Shown: piece by piece, positions 29,041 to 38,024 of the stretch
Position numbering within the stretch: position 1 is the first letter of the stretch
Layout: every line of letters starts with the position of its first letter
Origin: Acidobacteriota bacterium
GTDB lineage: Bacteria; Acidobacteriota; Polarisedimenticolia; JAPUKU01
Assembly: GCA_027295505.1 (NCBI GenBank)
Contig: JAPUKU010000045.1
Span: 20,586 to 84,585, forward strand
Length of the DNA stretch: 64,000 bases
Reading direction: 5' to 3'
Translations under genes and position numbers: made by a program
The notes under the pieces: generated by a model
The model's input: the letters and a program-made list of their open reading frames with translations, nothing else
Told to the model about the DNA's origin: nothing
Database searches by the model: none

Positions 29041-30447
29041 TCAGGCGGCCAGGGTGTCTGGCTCATGCAGAGTGCGCTCGAGGCCTCGCAGAACGCGCAC
29101 CATCCAGACCAGGAAGAGGAATGAAGCCAGCCCACTTGCCAGAACGAGCCCAGCCACGATCCCGTAAAGGGCAGGGTGTCCCATCTGCAGCGCAATCTGC
29201 CTGCCGAGAAGCGCCGCCGGAACCGTGAAAACGCCGTAACGCAGCACCGCCATCACCAGCCCCGGCCATCCCCGTTGCATGCCCTCGAAGGCGGGCCGCA
29301 GGAGCTGGAACGGGACCATCGTCAGGCACGCCAGCGGACACATCCACAGGATGACGCGCGTCAGCTCAGCGGTCGTCTCCGTCTCGGCAAGGAACCGGGC
29401 GATGATCGCTCCCGCCACCAGAAGGACCGGCGTCACCAGGAATACACAGTACGCTGCCGAGGCGGCAAAAACCTGCCTCAACCCCTTGCGGATGGCGGCC
29501 AAATCCTGCTCACCGAAACGGCGGGCCACGAAAGGCAACACAGCCACGGCGGCGGCAATGATCGGCATCAACATGAAAAGCAGGATGCGATAAAAGATGC
29601 CGTAGGCAGCGATCGATTCCATGGCGTACGGATGGCCTGCCAGCAGGCCATTGACGAGGGAGGCCTCCACGGCCATGAGGGCATAGGTGAGCGCGGCCGG
29701 CATGGCGAGGGCCAGGATTGAGCGCAGCGGATGCGGATCGAGATCGGGTGAAGTATCCTCCCCCCTTGCCCTGCGGGCGGCCTCGTGGGCTGAGGCACGG
29801 CGCATGGCGTAGATGAGCCCGCCGAAGCGCCCGAGTACGGTCGAGAGCGCGATCCCGAACACCCCCCAGTGGAACACGAACATGAACAAGGTGTTGAGAA
29901 TTACATTGATGAGGTTCGACCAGATCCCCGCCCACATCGTGGAACGGGTATCCTGGTGCGCCTTGACGATTGAATCGGGGATGATCGACCAGAAGGCTGT
30001 GAAGGCCGATCCACCGACAAGAACGCCAGCATAGATGGAGAAGAGGCGCGCTGTCTTGGGGTCGAGCCCCAGACGGCCCCCGCCGATCAAGACCCCCGCG
30101 GCAAGAAGCAGAAAGAAAAACACCAGGACCCAGATGATGCGGCGGGTCACCGCCAGGAGCTGGTCGATGCGGGCTCCGGCCCGGATACCCATAGCGCGCG
30201 ACAGGTTCGAGGTCAGGCCTGTGGACACACCCACCCAGCAGGCGATCAGCAGGAACTCAAGAGGGATCGACAGCCCAATCGCAGCCACCGCGGCGTCCCC
30301 CAGGTAGGCGGCATAGATGGTATCGACAAAGCTGAACAGCGCCCGCATCCAGAATGACACCACGAGAGGGGCCGCCATCTGGAGGATCGACGGGACGGCC
30401 CCGGAGCGGGCGGGCGCCGCCGGGCCTTCGGAGCTAATGCTCGGCAT
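29041..30447 (-). CDS. MATE-family efflux transporter
   Basis: 12 TM, 468 aa; the N-terminal region LQMAAPLVVSFWMRALFSFVDTIYAAYLG is typical of MATE/NorM. Confidence 0.8.
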   Translation of the reverse strand: MPSISSEGPAAPARSGAVPSILQMAAPLVVSFWMRALFSFVDTIYAAYLGDAAVAAIGLSIPLEFLLIACWVGVSTGLTSNLSRAMGIRAGARIDQLLAVTRRIIWVLVFFFLLLAAGVLIGGGRLGLDPKTARLFSIYAGVLVGGSAFTAFWSIIPDSIVKAHQDTRSTMWAGIWSNLINVILNTLFMFVFHWGVFGIALSTVLGRFGGLIYAMRRASAHEAARRARGEDTSPDLDPHPLRSILALAMPAALTYALMAVEASLVNGLLAGHPYAMESIAAYGIFYRILLFMLMPIIAAAVAVLPFVARRFGEQDLAAIRKGLRQVFAASAAYCVFLVTPVLLVAGAIIARFLAETETTAELTRVILWMCPLACLTMVPFQLLRPAFEGMQRGWPGLVMAVLRYGVFTVPAALLGRQIALQMGHPALYGIVAGLVLASGLASFLFLVWMVRVLRGLERTLHEPDTLAA

Positions 30448-30501
30448 GAACCGTTAATGATAGCGCCGAATCTGGTTTCGGGTAAGGGAAGGGGGGTGGA
30501 C

Positions 30502-33156
30502 CTACTTGTGGATCGTGATGTGGTTCTTTCCTTCGCGCTTGCTCTGGTAGAGGGCCCTGTCGGCGTTCTCTATGAGGACTCCCTTGGTTTCTCCGTTCGA
30601 CACCGTGATCCCGGCGCTGAAGGTGATCTGCAGGGGGGCAGGATTTCTACCAACGCTCGACACCTGCATTCTTTCGACTGCGATGCGCAGCCTCTCGAGT
30701 GATTTCGCCGCCAGAGAAAGCTCCGTTTCCGGATAAATGATAGCGAACTCCTCACCGCCATAGCGGGCCACAACATCGGTGGTACGCACCATGGTCAGCA
30801 ACAACCGGGCGAGGGCCCTCAGCACGATGTCACCGGTTTGATGTCCATACTGGTCGTTGATCGGCTTGAAGTTGTCGAGATCAAAAAGAGTCAGACAGAA
30901 CGGCTTCTTGTAACGCGCGAACCGGTTGATTTCGTAGTCGAGCCGCTCCTGGAAGAACCGGTGATTGTAAAGGCCTGTGAGTCCGTCTCGCAGCGCCAGA
31001 TCCTGGTTCACCTTGGCACGCTCGAGCCTGGACACCACCCTTGCCACCAGTTCCTCCGGCAGGAACGGCTTGGTGACATAATCATCCGCTCCCGCCCGCA
31101 GGGCCTGCACCTTGTCGTCCAGCTGGGTTCGCGCGGTGACGAAGACGACCGGTATGAGCTGCAGCTTCGGATTGGAGCGGATAGTGGACAACAGCTTGCG
31201 ACCGTCCATGTCAGGCAGCATGATGTCGAGGATGATGAGGTCTGGCACGTGATCGCGGACGAAATCCAACGCCTCCGATGCGCTGAAGGCGGAGTAGGTG
31301 TCACAGCCGGCTCGGTTGAGGCTGGCCTTGATGGCCTTCTGCGTGACCTGCTCATCGTCCACCACCATCACCAGGGGACGCTCCCCCGTGCGCACGGCGG
31401 TCTCAGGCACCGCGTGGGTGAACAATGTGTTGCGCAGATGTTTCTCCCGTCCCATGACTCGGGTCGCTTCATACGTCCCCACGCGTAGGCTGGCTGCGAT
31501 CCACTGCAGGCACTCCTGCGCTTCGGACAGAATGCTCTCGGAGCCGATGGGCGGCACGGCTGATTCGAGGAGGTTGTTCATCGCCACCTCGAACAGCTTG
31601 CCGAGAGTCGAGAGCTCCGGGTAACCGCCAATGGGACCGCTGCCTGCAAGGAAATGCGCGGCGCGTTGAATGGTGCGGGCCCGGTCTCGAATGGGCTCCC
31701 GTGGATCGATATTCCCCACAGGTTTCAGGCGGTCGCTGATCTCAGCGATGAATGCCTCCTTCAGGACCTGCGCTTCCTCCGCGGAGAGCTCGCTCAAGCT
31801 CGCTGAGGAAGTCTCCATACTCGGTTCTCGCCGGGCGGCTCCGGTATCCGGCACCTGGATCAGCCCATCACTGCCACAGCTGGCGAGGTGCACTCCACCT
31901 GCTTCCGCCGATTTCGCCCGTTCTAGCGCGTCGCGCGTGGCCGAGAGAAGATCCTGCCGGGTCGAGGCAGTCTCGGGACAACCGGCTACGCCGGACGACA
32001 AAGTGACGCTGGGCAAGTTTGAGCCGCGGATGATCGCATGAACCTTCATCAGCATTCTCTTCATGACGCTCGCGGCCGACACCAGGTTCGTCTGGCACAG
32101 GAGGATCCCGAATTCCCCGCCGGAGAGCCAGGCGGCGAGGTCGGTGCGCCGGACCTGCCCACGAAGTTCCTGACCGACGCGCTGCAGGATCTCGTCCGCA
32201 GCTTCGAAGCCAAAGGCATCGCTGACGCGCTCCAGCTGATCGATGTTGATGAGGGCCACAGCAAATGAGGATTTGTAGCGTTCGTGCCGGGCCAGCTCTG
32301 TGCTCAGGAGTTCGTCAAACGACCGCTTGGTGGCGATGCCGGTGACTGGATCCCGCAGCGCAATTTCCTGAAGCCGGGTGGAGCGTTCGATGCGCGAAGC
32401 CACCCGGGCGACCAACTCGTCGGGATGGAACGGCTTGGTGATGTAGTCGTCGGCCCCGCCCCGAAAAGCATCCAGCTTCTCCTCCAAGCCTTTCCTGGAG
32501 CTCACGAAGACCACCGGAGTCCCCACGTGATAAGGATCGCGGCGGATCCTGCGCACGAGGCGGGGTCCGCGGATGTCGGGCAGATCGACATCCATGATGA
32601 TCAGCGCCGGCCGGTGCGAACGGAGCCGTTCCAGGGCCTCGCGGCCCCCCATGCAGGAAGTGGCCACGAAACCGGCGTTCTCCAGCGCTCCGCAGATCAG
32701 CTTCTGCGAAGTGGGATTACTGTTGATGACCAGGACGTGTCGCGTCGTGTGGTCGGCTTTCGGCGTTATCTTGCGGAGCGCCCTCTGAAGCGGCCCCCCC
32801 AGGTCGTCGATCTTCTCGCGACTCCACTGCATGGGTGAGTCGCTCTCTGAGAGAACGCGCAGGATGCGTCGAACCTTCTTCGCCAGGGCAACCGTCGGCC
32901 TCAGGGTCTGCTCTGCGATGCTACCGCTCAGATCCTTGAGAGAAGCTCCGAGCTCGAACAGCTCGGTGCGGTGCCCTCCGGCCATGATCTCGAGCTCGGC
33001 CCCGACGCGGTACAAGGCGTCCAGGCAAGTGGAAGGAATGATCGACGAGGCAGGGATATCGTGGAGAAGATTCGCAGCCTGCCCCGCCAGGTCCAGAGTC
33101 TGGGTGGCGGTAGGTGCCATCCCCACTAATCTTGTCGAATGACCTTCATTCGTCAA
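30502..33156 (-). CDS. multidomain c-di-GMP signalling protein with tandem duplicated HPt-like-REC-GGDEF modules (first GGDEF degenerate)
   Basis: Two REC domains (DVDLPDIRG..DYITKPF and DIMLPDMDG..DYVTKPF). Two GGDEF domains: the first reads RRTD..LSGGEFGIL (GGEF, one acidic residue missing), the second RTTD..RYGGEEFAII (canonical). HPt-like segments precede each REC (..GGHRTELFELGASL.. and ..AAHFLAGSGPIGG..). Confidence 0.8.
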   Translation of the reverse strand: MTNEGHSTRLVGMAPTATQTLDLAGQAANLLHDIPASSIIPSTCLDALYRVGAELEIMAGGHRTELFELGASLKDLSGSIAEQTLRPTVALAKKVRRILRVLSESDSPMQWSREKIDDLGGPLQRALRKITPKADHTTRHVLVINSNPTSQKLICGALENAGFVATSCMGGREALERLRSHRPALIIMDVDLPDIRGPRLVRRIRRDPYHVGTPVVFVSSRKGLEEKLDAFRGGADDYITKPFHPDELVARVASRIERSTRLQEIALRDPVTGIATKRSFDELLSTELARHERYKSSFAVALINIDQLERVSDAFGFEAADEILQRVGQELRGQVRRTDLAAWLSGGEFGILLCQTNLVSAASVMKRMLMKVHAIIRGSNLPSVTLSSGVAGCPETASTRQDLLSATRDALERAKSAEAGGVHLASCGSDGLIQVPDTGAARREPSMETSSASLSELSAEEAQVLKEAFIAEISDRLKPVGNIDPREPIRDRARTIQRAAHFLAGSGPIGGYPELSTLGKLFEVAMNNLLESAVPPIGSESILSEAQECLQWIAASLRVGTYEATRVMGREKHLRNTLFTHAVPETAVRTGERPLVMVVDDEQVTQKAIKASLNRAGCDTYSAFSASEALDFVRDHVPDLIILDIMLPDMDGRKLLSTIRSNPKLQLIPVVFVTARTQLDDKVQALRAGADDYVTKPFLPEELVARVVSRLERAKVNQDLALRDGLTGLYNHRFFQERLDYEINRFARYKKPFCLTLFDLDNFKPINDQYGHQTGDIVLRALARLLLTMVRTTDVVARYGGEEFAIIYPETELSLAAKSLERLRIAVERMQVSSVGRNPAPLQITFSAGITVSNGETKGVLIENADRALYQSKREGKNHITIHK

Positions 33157-33422
33157 CCGGATACGGCTTTAAGAACTTGTAGTCAATTACATGACATGGA
33201 AGGAGTTACACCCTTCTGCTGACTGGATCTCAAAAACGACCCGGTGCACCGGCACCCTTCAGGGCCGTTCCGGCGCAGGATCCGCTGGAGGCAGGCAAGT
33301 CATTTATTTTTAGTGGCTTAGGGCCATCCGTCCGGTGAGGATGGCCGCGGGGTCCAGGCGGACATCCCGAAACCTTCAAGCCTCCAACGGACACCGCCCG
33401 GATTTCAGGCGGGTGGATGGAA

Positions 33423-34826
33423 TCAGCTTGCCTTGCGCTCCTGCCGCCGCTTGGCGTCGGCCCGCTGCACCGCTTCCTCGAAGATATCGAGCCCCCTCAG
33501 GAACAGGTCTGCGGAGATGTCCAGCACGGGCAGCATGCGGGCGAACCAGTTCGAGTCGTACATCAAGCACAGACCGTTCTCCATGCAGTCGTAATAGATC
33601 TCCTTTGCAATCTCGTAGTCCCGCTCTTTGGTCTTGTGGTCCTTGATGAACTCGATGGCCAGGAAGAGGCCCCGGCCCCGGACGTCACCGATGAGCGGAT
33701 ATCGCTCCTTCATTTTTCTCAGACGTTCGAGCCCCTGTTCTCCCAGGCGCGCACAATTCTGGAGGATCCCTTCTTTCTCGATCCTCTCCAGGGCCTTGAT
33801 CGCTGCGGCGCAGGAAGCAGGTTGTCCACCAAAGGTGCTACCGACCGACACCTCGCGATCCATGACCTCCGGGGTAGCGGCGATCGCTGTGATGGGGAGG
33901 ATGCTGCCACTGATGCCCTTGCCGATCACGACAATATCCGGCTTGACGTCGGAATACTCGAAGGCCCACATCTTGCCGCTACGGCCGAAACCGCTCTCGA
34001 CTTCATCGATACACAGAAGCCATCCGTATTTGCGGCACATCTTCTCCAGACGCGGCAGGTAGTCTTCTGGAGGCACCCAAATCCCCGCCTCCCCTTGAAT
34101 CGGCTCGACCAAAATGCCGGCGATCGATTCCGGCGGAGCAGTGTAGCGGGTCAGAATGTCCTCGATGAACTCCGCGCACCACAGATCGCAGGACGGATAC
34201 TCGAGCTTGAACGCACAGCGGTAGCAGCTGGCGTACGGGGTGTGGATATGGCCCGGCATGGCCTGCATCACCGGATCCCGCATGGAGGAAAGCAGGGGAC
34301 CGGCTGCCATGGCGCCGTACGACAGGCCGTGGTAGTTGGCGTGGAACGAGATAATATTAGACCGGCCGGTTGCCGCACGCATGAACTTCATCGCCCCCTC
34401 GACTGCCTCCGTACCCGTGCAGCAGTAGGCAACCCGCTGGATATGATTCGGGAGAGTTTGAAGCAGCTTGCCCGCCAGCTCGTAGCGATGGATAGTTGCG
34501 ATGCCGTCCGAGCTGCAAACCACTCCATAATCACGCAGAACCTCCACTGCGGAATCGACGATTTCCTTCGTCGGGTGTCCAACATTGTTCGTGGCCCAGC
34601 CTGAGTTGAAATCAATGAAACGGTTGCCGTCCACGTCCCAAACATAGCCATCCCGCTGCGCGGCCATCATCAGCACGTAACCGGGGTCGCGTGGGTTCTC
34701 ATACCCGCCGAGACGCGGGCGCTCGCTCAGCTGCTTGATCAGCGCCTTCCCCTTGGGTCCGGGAAAGGGGGTGCGGACCAGAGGATCTGTCTGTTTCCTG
34801 CCTTTGTCGTTTGCGAGCATCGTCAT
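33423..34826 (-). CDS. class III (omega) pyridoxal-phosphate aminotransferase
   Basis: EPIQGEAGIWVPP, the DEVESGFGRSGKMWAFE motif, and the Schiff-base lysine context IVVIGKGISG; 467 aa. Confidence 0.85.
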   Translation of the reverse strand: MTMLANDKGRKQTDPLVRTPFPGPKGKALIKQLSERPRLGGYENPRDPGYVLMMAAQRDGYVWDVDGNRFIDFNSGWATNNVGHPTKEIVDSAVEVLRDYGVVCSSDGIATIHRYELAGKLLQTLPNHIQRVAYCCTGTEAVEGAMKFMRAATGRSNIISFHANYHGLSYGAMAAGPLLSSMRDPVMQAMPGHIHTPYASCYRCAFKLEYPSCDLWCAEFIEDILTRYTAPPESIAGILVEPIQGEAGIWVPPEDYLPRLEKMCRKYGWLLCIDEVESGFGRSGKMWAFEYSDVKPDIVVIGKGISGSILPITAIAATPEVMDREVSVGSTFGGQPASCAAAIKALERIEKEGILQNCARLGEQGLERLRKMKERYPLIGDVRGRGLFLAIEFIKDHKTKERDYEIAKEIYYDCMENGLCLMYDSNWFARMLPVLDISADLFLRGLDIFEEAVQRADAKRRQERKAS

Positions 34827-35188
34827 GCTCCTTCTAGTCTTGCGGTTAGTGGAACGATTGCCCTCCTCCTTCCGGCAGGCGGGTCAGTTCCCCGAACCCA
34901 TGCTGGTTGAGAGCGAAGAGAAAGGGTGTGGAAGGGGTATCAGCCCGGAAGGTAACTGCCCTTCGACTTCTTCCATAGCTCGGCTCGCACACCTGGATCG
35001 TCCCGCAGGCGGTCGCAGCGCACGAGGTCGGGCCGAGTGTCCGTGGGTTTCAATACAGGAGATCGTATCCCAGTCGCGAACGACGGGTCAACAGCCCCGG
35101 CTCCGGTCACGGCTGCCTGGAGGAGGGGGGAAGGCCGGTGTCTAACAGCGCGCCCGGTCGCTCACAAGGCTTGAGTTCGCGCCACAGC

Positions 35189-35224
35189 AAAGAAAAGCCC
35201 GCCTCCGGGGTTGGAGGCAGGCTC
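35189..35224 (-). terminator. Rho-independent terminator downstream of the 35284-36177 gene
   Basis: On the minus strand: GCCTGCCTCC-aacccc-GGAGGCGGGC followed by TTTTCTTTG (a 10-bp stem with one mismatch, then a U-tract). Confidence 0.5.
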
Positions 35225-35283
35225 GGTGGATCCGGCGCTTCGTGTGAGGCCGCAGAGAGCGCGTGCCCCACGCTCCCGGGCGC

Positions 35284-36177
35284 TCACCGATGAGCGACGG
35301 GAGCCGCCTCCACGACGGGTATGGGGACAAAGCAGTCGGGCAACCGTCGCATGAGTTCCAGCGCCAGAACGAGGTTGCGTCCATCGATGTAGGCGCGGCT
35401 GTTTGCGACCGCAGCGTTCACCACGCTGCTCCTCGTCGTTCTTGAGCTGTGTGGCTTCCCAAGCTTGGCGGCCATCATGCTCTGGCAGCTGTTGAGGCTC
35501 ACCAACTTGCCGACCTCAACGCCCTTCGCGAAGCTGGTGAGGTACGAGTAGTCGCTGCTCATGCGGCTGGTGATGCCCGCCGTCACATCGAGGGTGACGT
35601 CAATTTTGGCCTGTACCGCGGCGTTAGCCTGCTCCGCTTCCCAGATCGCGTGCTCGGCCAGTGTCTCCTCGTAGTCGTCCGGATACGATCGCCGGACGCG
35701 CTGATTGTAGGCGCGGGTGCTGCGTGCCTCGTCTTCCGTGGCGTGGCGCTCCAGGATGGGCCGCAAGCTCCGCTCGATTCCGGCCACGTCCTTTGATTTT
35801 ACCAGCTCACGGGGTAACACAACTTCGAGCTCGAACTCGCAGTAGACCTGATCGTACAGGGTGAAGGGCCCCTCGTGCCGGGGCACGAGCAGCGGCTCGT
35901 TCACCCGCAAGAAGAGATCGAGCCGCGAGCGCCTGGCATCCACCTTCACGACCTTGGCGAGCTCCCCCGGGCGGAAACGATGCCGACCGCTGCTGTTGAC
36001 GAACCTGCCATTGATCCGGTTCTTGGTGTAACTCCCGGAACAATCGGAGTGCGTCTCAACGGTCGTAACAGCCCAGGCACCCAGCCACCGGTGTTTCAGG
36101 GCTTTTTCGAGCTTGCCGGCGTAGGAGGGCGCTGAAAGGCCCGTGAGAATGGTCAGAACGATAAGAATCCGCTTCAT
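35284..36177 (-). CDS. hypothetical secreted protein
   Basis: Signal peptide (MKRILIVLTILTGLSAPSYAG); roughly 300 aa, mixed alpha/beta composition, no recognisable motif. Start set at the ATG at 36177. Confidence 0.5.
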   Translation of the reverse strand: MKRILIVLTILTGLSAPSYAGKLEKALKHRWLGAWAVTTVETHSDCSGSYTKNRINGRFVNSSGRHRFRPGELAKVVKVDARRSRLDLFLRVNEPLLVPRHEGPFTLYDQVYCEFELEVVLPRELVKSKDVAGIERSLRPILERHATEDEARSTRAYNQRVRRSYPDDYEETLAEHAIWEAEQANAAVQAKIDVTLDVTAGITSRMSSDYSYLTSFAKGVEVGKLVSLNSCQSMMAAKLGKPHSSRTTRSSVVNAAVANSRAYIDGRNLVLALELMRRLPDCFVPIPVVEAAPVAHR

Positions 36178-36656
36178 TTGAACTCCCCTCGGTGATTTGC
36201 CCGGTGCGGGCGCAGACATCAGATTGTCGTTCAGGGAATTTAGGGTCTGAGCGGCTCTCAGTCAACTACTGGAGAACACAGCGTTTCCCCCCCCAACCCC
36301 GCACCTTTTGGCATGCAGAACCCGCGCACAATTCGTCCGGGTTCCGTCCCCGCGAGCGGCCTCAGGTCAAGCTCGCGCAGGTCACCGAAGCGGCCGGCTC
36401 CGGCCCGTCGGCTGGCATACCAGCCGATCAAAAGAGCACGCTCAGCCTGGAGGAAGTGCAACCGGTCGCTTCGAGTCCACGGGCGCCATGCCAGCCTCTC
36501 TGCGCATACCCTGCGCGGTGCTCGACTACACCGTCGGCAGACACTTTAACGCTCTCAAAAACATGGACAAGCTGCGCTTACCCCCCCTCAGGTCGAAGAC
36601 CTGCGCGTGGAGAACGGTGAGCTCATCGTCTCTTATCGCTGATAAGCTCTGCCCGT

Positions 36657-38021
36657 TTAGCGGGGAATATTGATGCCGTATGATTTGATCTTGCGGTGCA
36701 GATGACTGCGTTCGAGCTTGAGGACGCGGGCCGCACGCGTGATGTTCCAGCTGTTGTCTTCCAGCGTGCGCTGGATCAGCTCGCGCTCGAAGCGCTCCTT
36801 GCCTTCCCGGAGCGATAGCGGCCGGCCACTATTGCCACCGGCCCGGGCCGGATCTTCTCCACGCAGGCCGGCCGGAAGATCGGATATACCGATCTCGTCG
36901 TGCGGCACCATGATGACGAGCCGTTCGACAACGTTCTTGAGCTCACGCACATTTCCTGGCCAGCGATATGCCTTGAGCGCCGCCAGAGCCGGCGCCGAGA
37001 AATCTTTCGGCCGGCGGCCATATTCCTGGGCGAACTCCCCGGCAAAGTGTTCGGCCAGCAGGGGCACATCACTGACCCGGTCGCGGAGCGACGGCACCTG
37101 GATGGGAATGACCGCCAGGCGAAAGTAGAGATCCTCGCGGAAGCGCCCCTGGTGAATCTCCTCCTGCAGATCCTTGTTGGTGGCCGTGAGCACGCGCACG
37201 TCCACCTGTATGGAGGATGCGCCTCCGACGGGCTCGAACTTCTGCTCCTGCAGCACCCTGAGAACCTTGGCCTGTGTGCGCAGGCTCATGTCCGCTATCT
37301 CATCCAGAAACAGGGTACCGCTGTCCGCCAGCTCGAACTTCCCCTTCTTGTCGTGCACCGCACCGGTGAAGGAGCCTTTGACGTGGCCGAACAGCTCGCT
37401 TTCGATCAGCTCTTCCGGGATGGCGGCGCAGTTCATTTCTACGAACGCTTCCTCGGCACGCAGGCTGGTACCGTGAATCATGCGAGCCACGAGCTCCTTG
37501 CCGGTCCCGTTCTCGCCAAAGATGAGCACACGTCCGTTCGTGGGCGAGGCCCGCCGGATCTCCTCCCTCAATCTCTCGATCTTGCTGCTCTTGCCGATGA
37601 GGGTATGCCGGCGTTGCAGTTGCTCACGCAGCACGCGATTGCGCGCCTCGAGGAGACGCTGCTTGAGGGCGTTGCGCAGCACGAGCACGGTCTTTTCGAG
37701 TGACAGAGGTTTCTCAACGAAATCAAACGCACCGAGCTTGGTCGCGCGCACCGCCGTCTCGATATTACCGTGTCCCGACATCATGACCACGGCCGCATCC
37801 ATGCCTCGCTGCCGTAGTTCACGAAGCGTCTCGAGCCCGTCCATTTTGGGCAGCCATACATCCAGCAGGACCGCATCGCACGGTTTGCGCTCGTAAGCTT
37901 CCAGGCACTGCTCGCCGCTCTCCGCAACTTCCACCTTGTAGCCCTCATCGAGCAAAACACCGCGCAGCGATGAGCGCACTCCCGCTTCATCATCAACAAT
38001 TAGGATGCGCTCGCCTGCCAT
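36657..38021 (-). CDS. ntrX: sigma54-dependent response regulator, NtrX/NtrC type (REC-AAA-Fis HTH)
   Basis: REC (ILIVDDE..DVWLPKMDG), a sigma54-interaction AAA+ domain (GENGTGKE, GAFTGA-like, ESELFGH), and a C-terminal HTH (ITRAARVLKLERSHLHRKIKSYGI). Confidence 0.85.
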   Translation of the reverse strand: MAGERILIVDDEAGVRSSLRGVLLDEGYKVEVAESGEQCLEAYERKPCDAVLLDVWLPKMDGLETLRELRQRGMDAAVVMMSGHGNIETAVRATKLGAFDFVEKPLSLEKTVLVLRNALKQRLLEARNRVLREQLQRRHTLIGKSSKIERLREEIRRASPTNGRVLIFGENGTGKELVARMIHGTSLRAEEAFVEMNCAAIPEELIESELFGHVKGSFTGAVHDKKGKFELADSGTLFLDEIADMSLRTQAKVLRVLQEQKFEPVGGASSIQVDVRVLTATNKDLQEEIHQGRFREDLYFRLAVIPIQVPSLRDRVSDVPLLAEHFAGEFAQEYGRRPKDFSAPALAALKAYRWPGNVRELKNVVERLVIMVPHDEIGISDLPAGLRGEDPARAGGNSGRPLSLREGKERFERELIQRTLEDNSWNITRAARVLKLERSHLHRKIKSYGINIPR

Positions 38022-38024
38022 CCG

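Noticed and set aside
33417-34604. 395-aa plus-strand ORF antisense to the class III aminotransferase
   Set aside because: The aminotransferase frame carries unambiguous PLP-enzyme motifs. The antisense ORF has none.
36220-36656. Possible sigma54 promoter or ncRNA in the 440-bp gap upstream of the 35284-36177 gene (contains TTTTGGCATGCAG and a C8 run)
   Set aside because: The spacing and -12 element do not fit the TGGCAC-N5-TTGC consensus on the relevant (minus) strand. No convincing structure.
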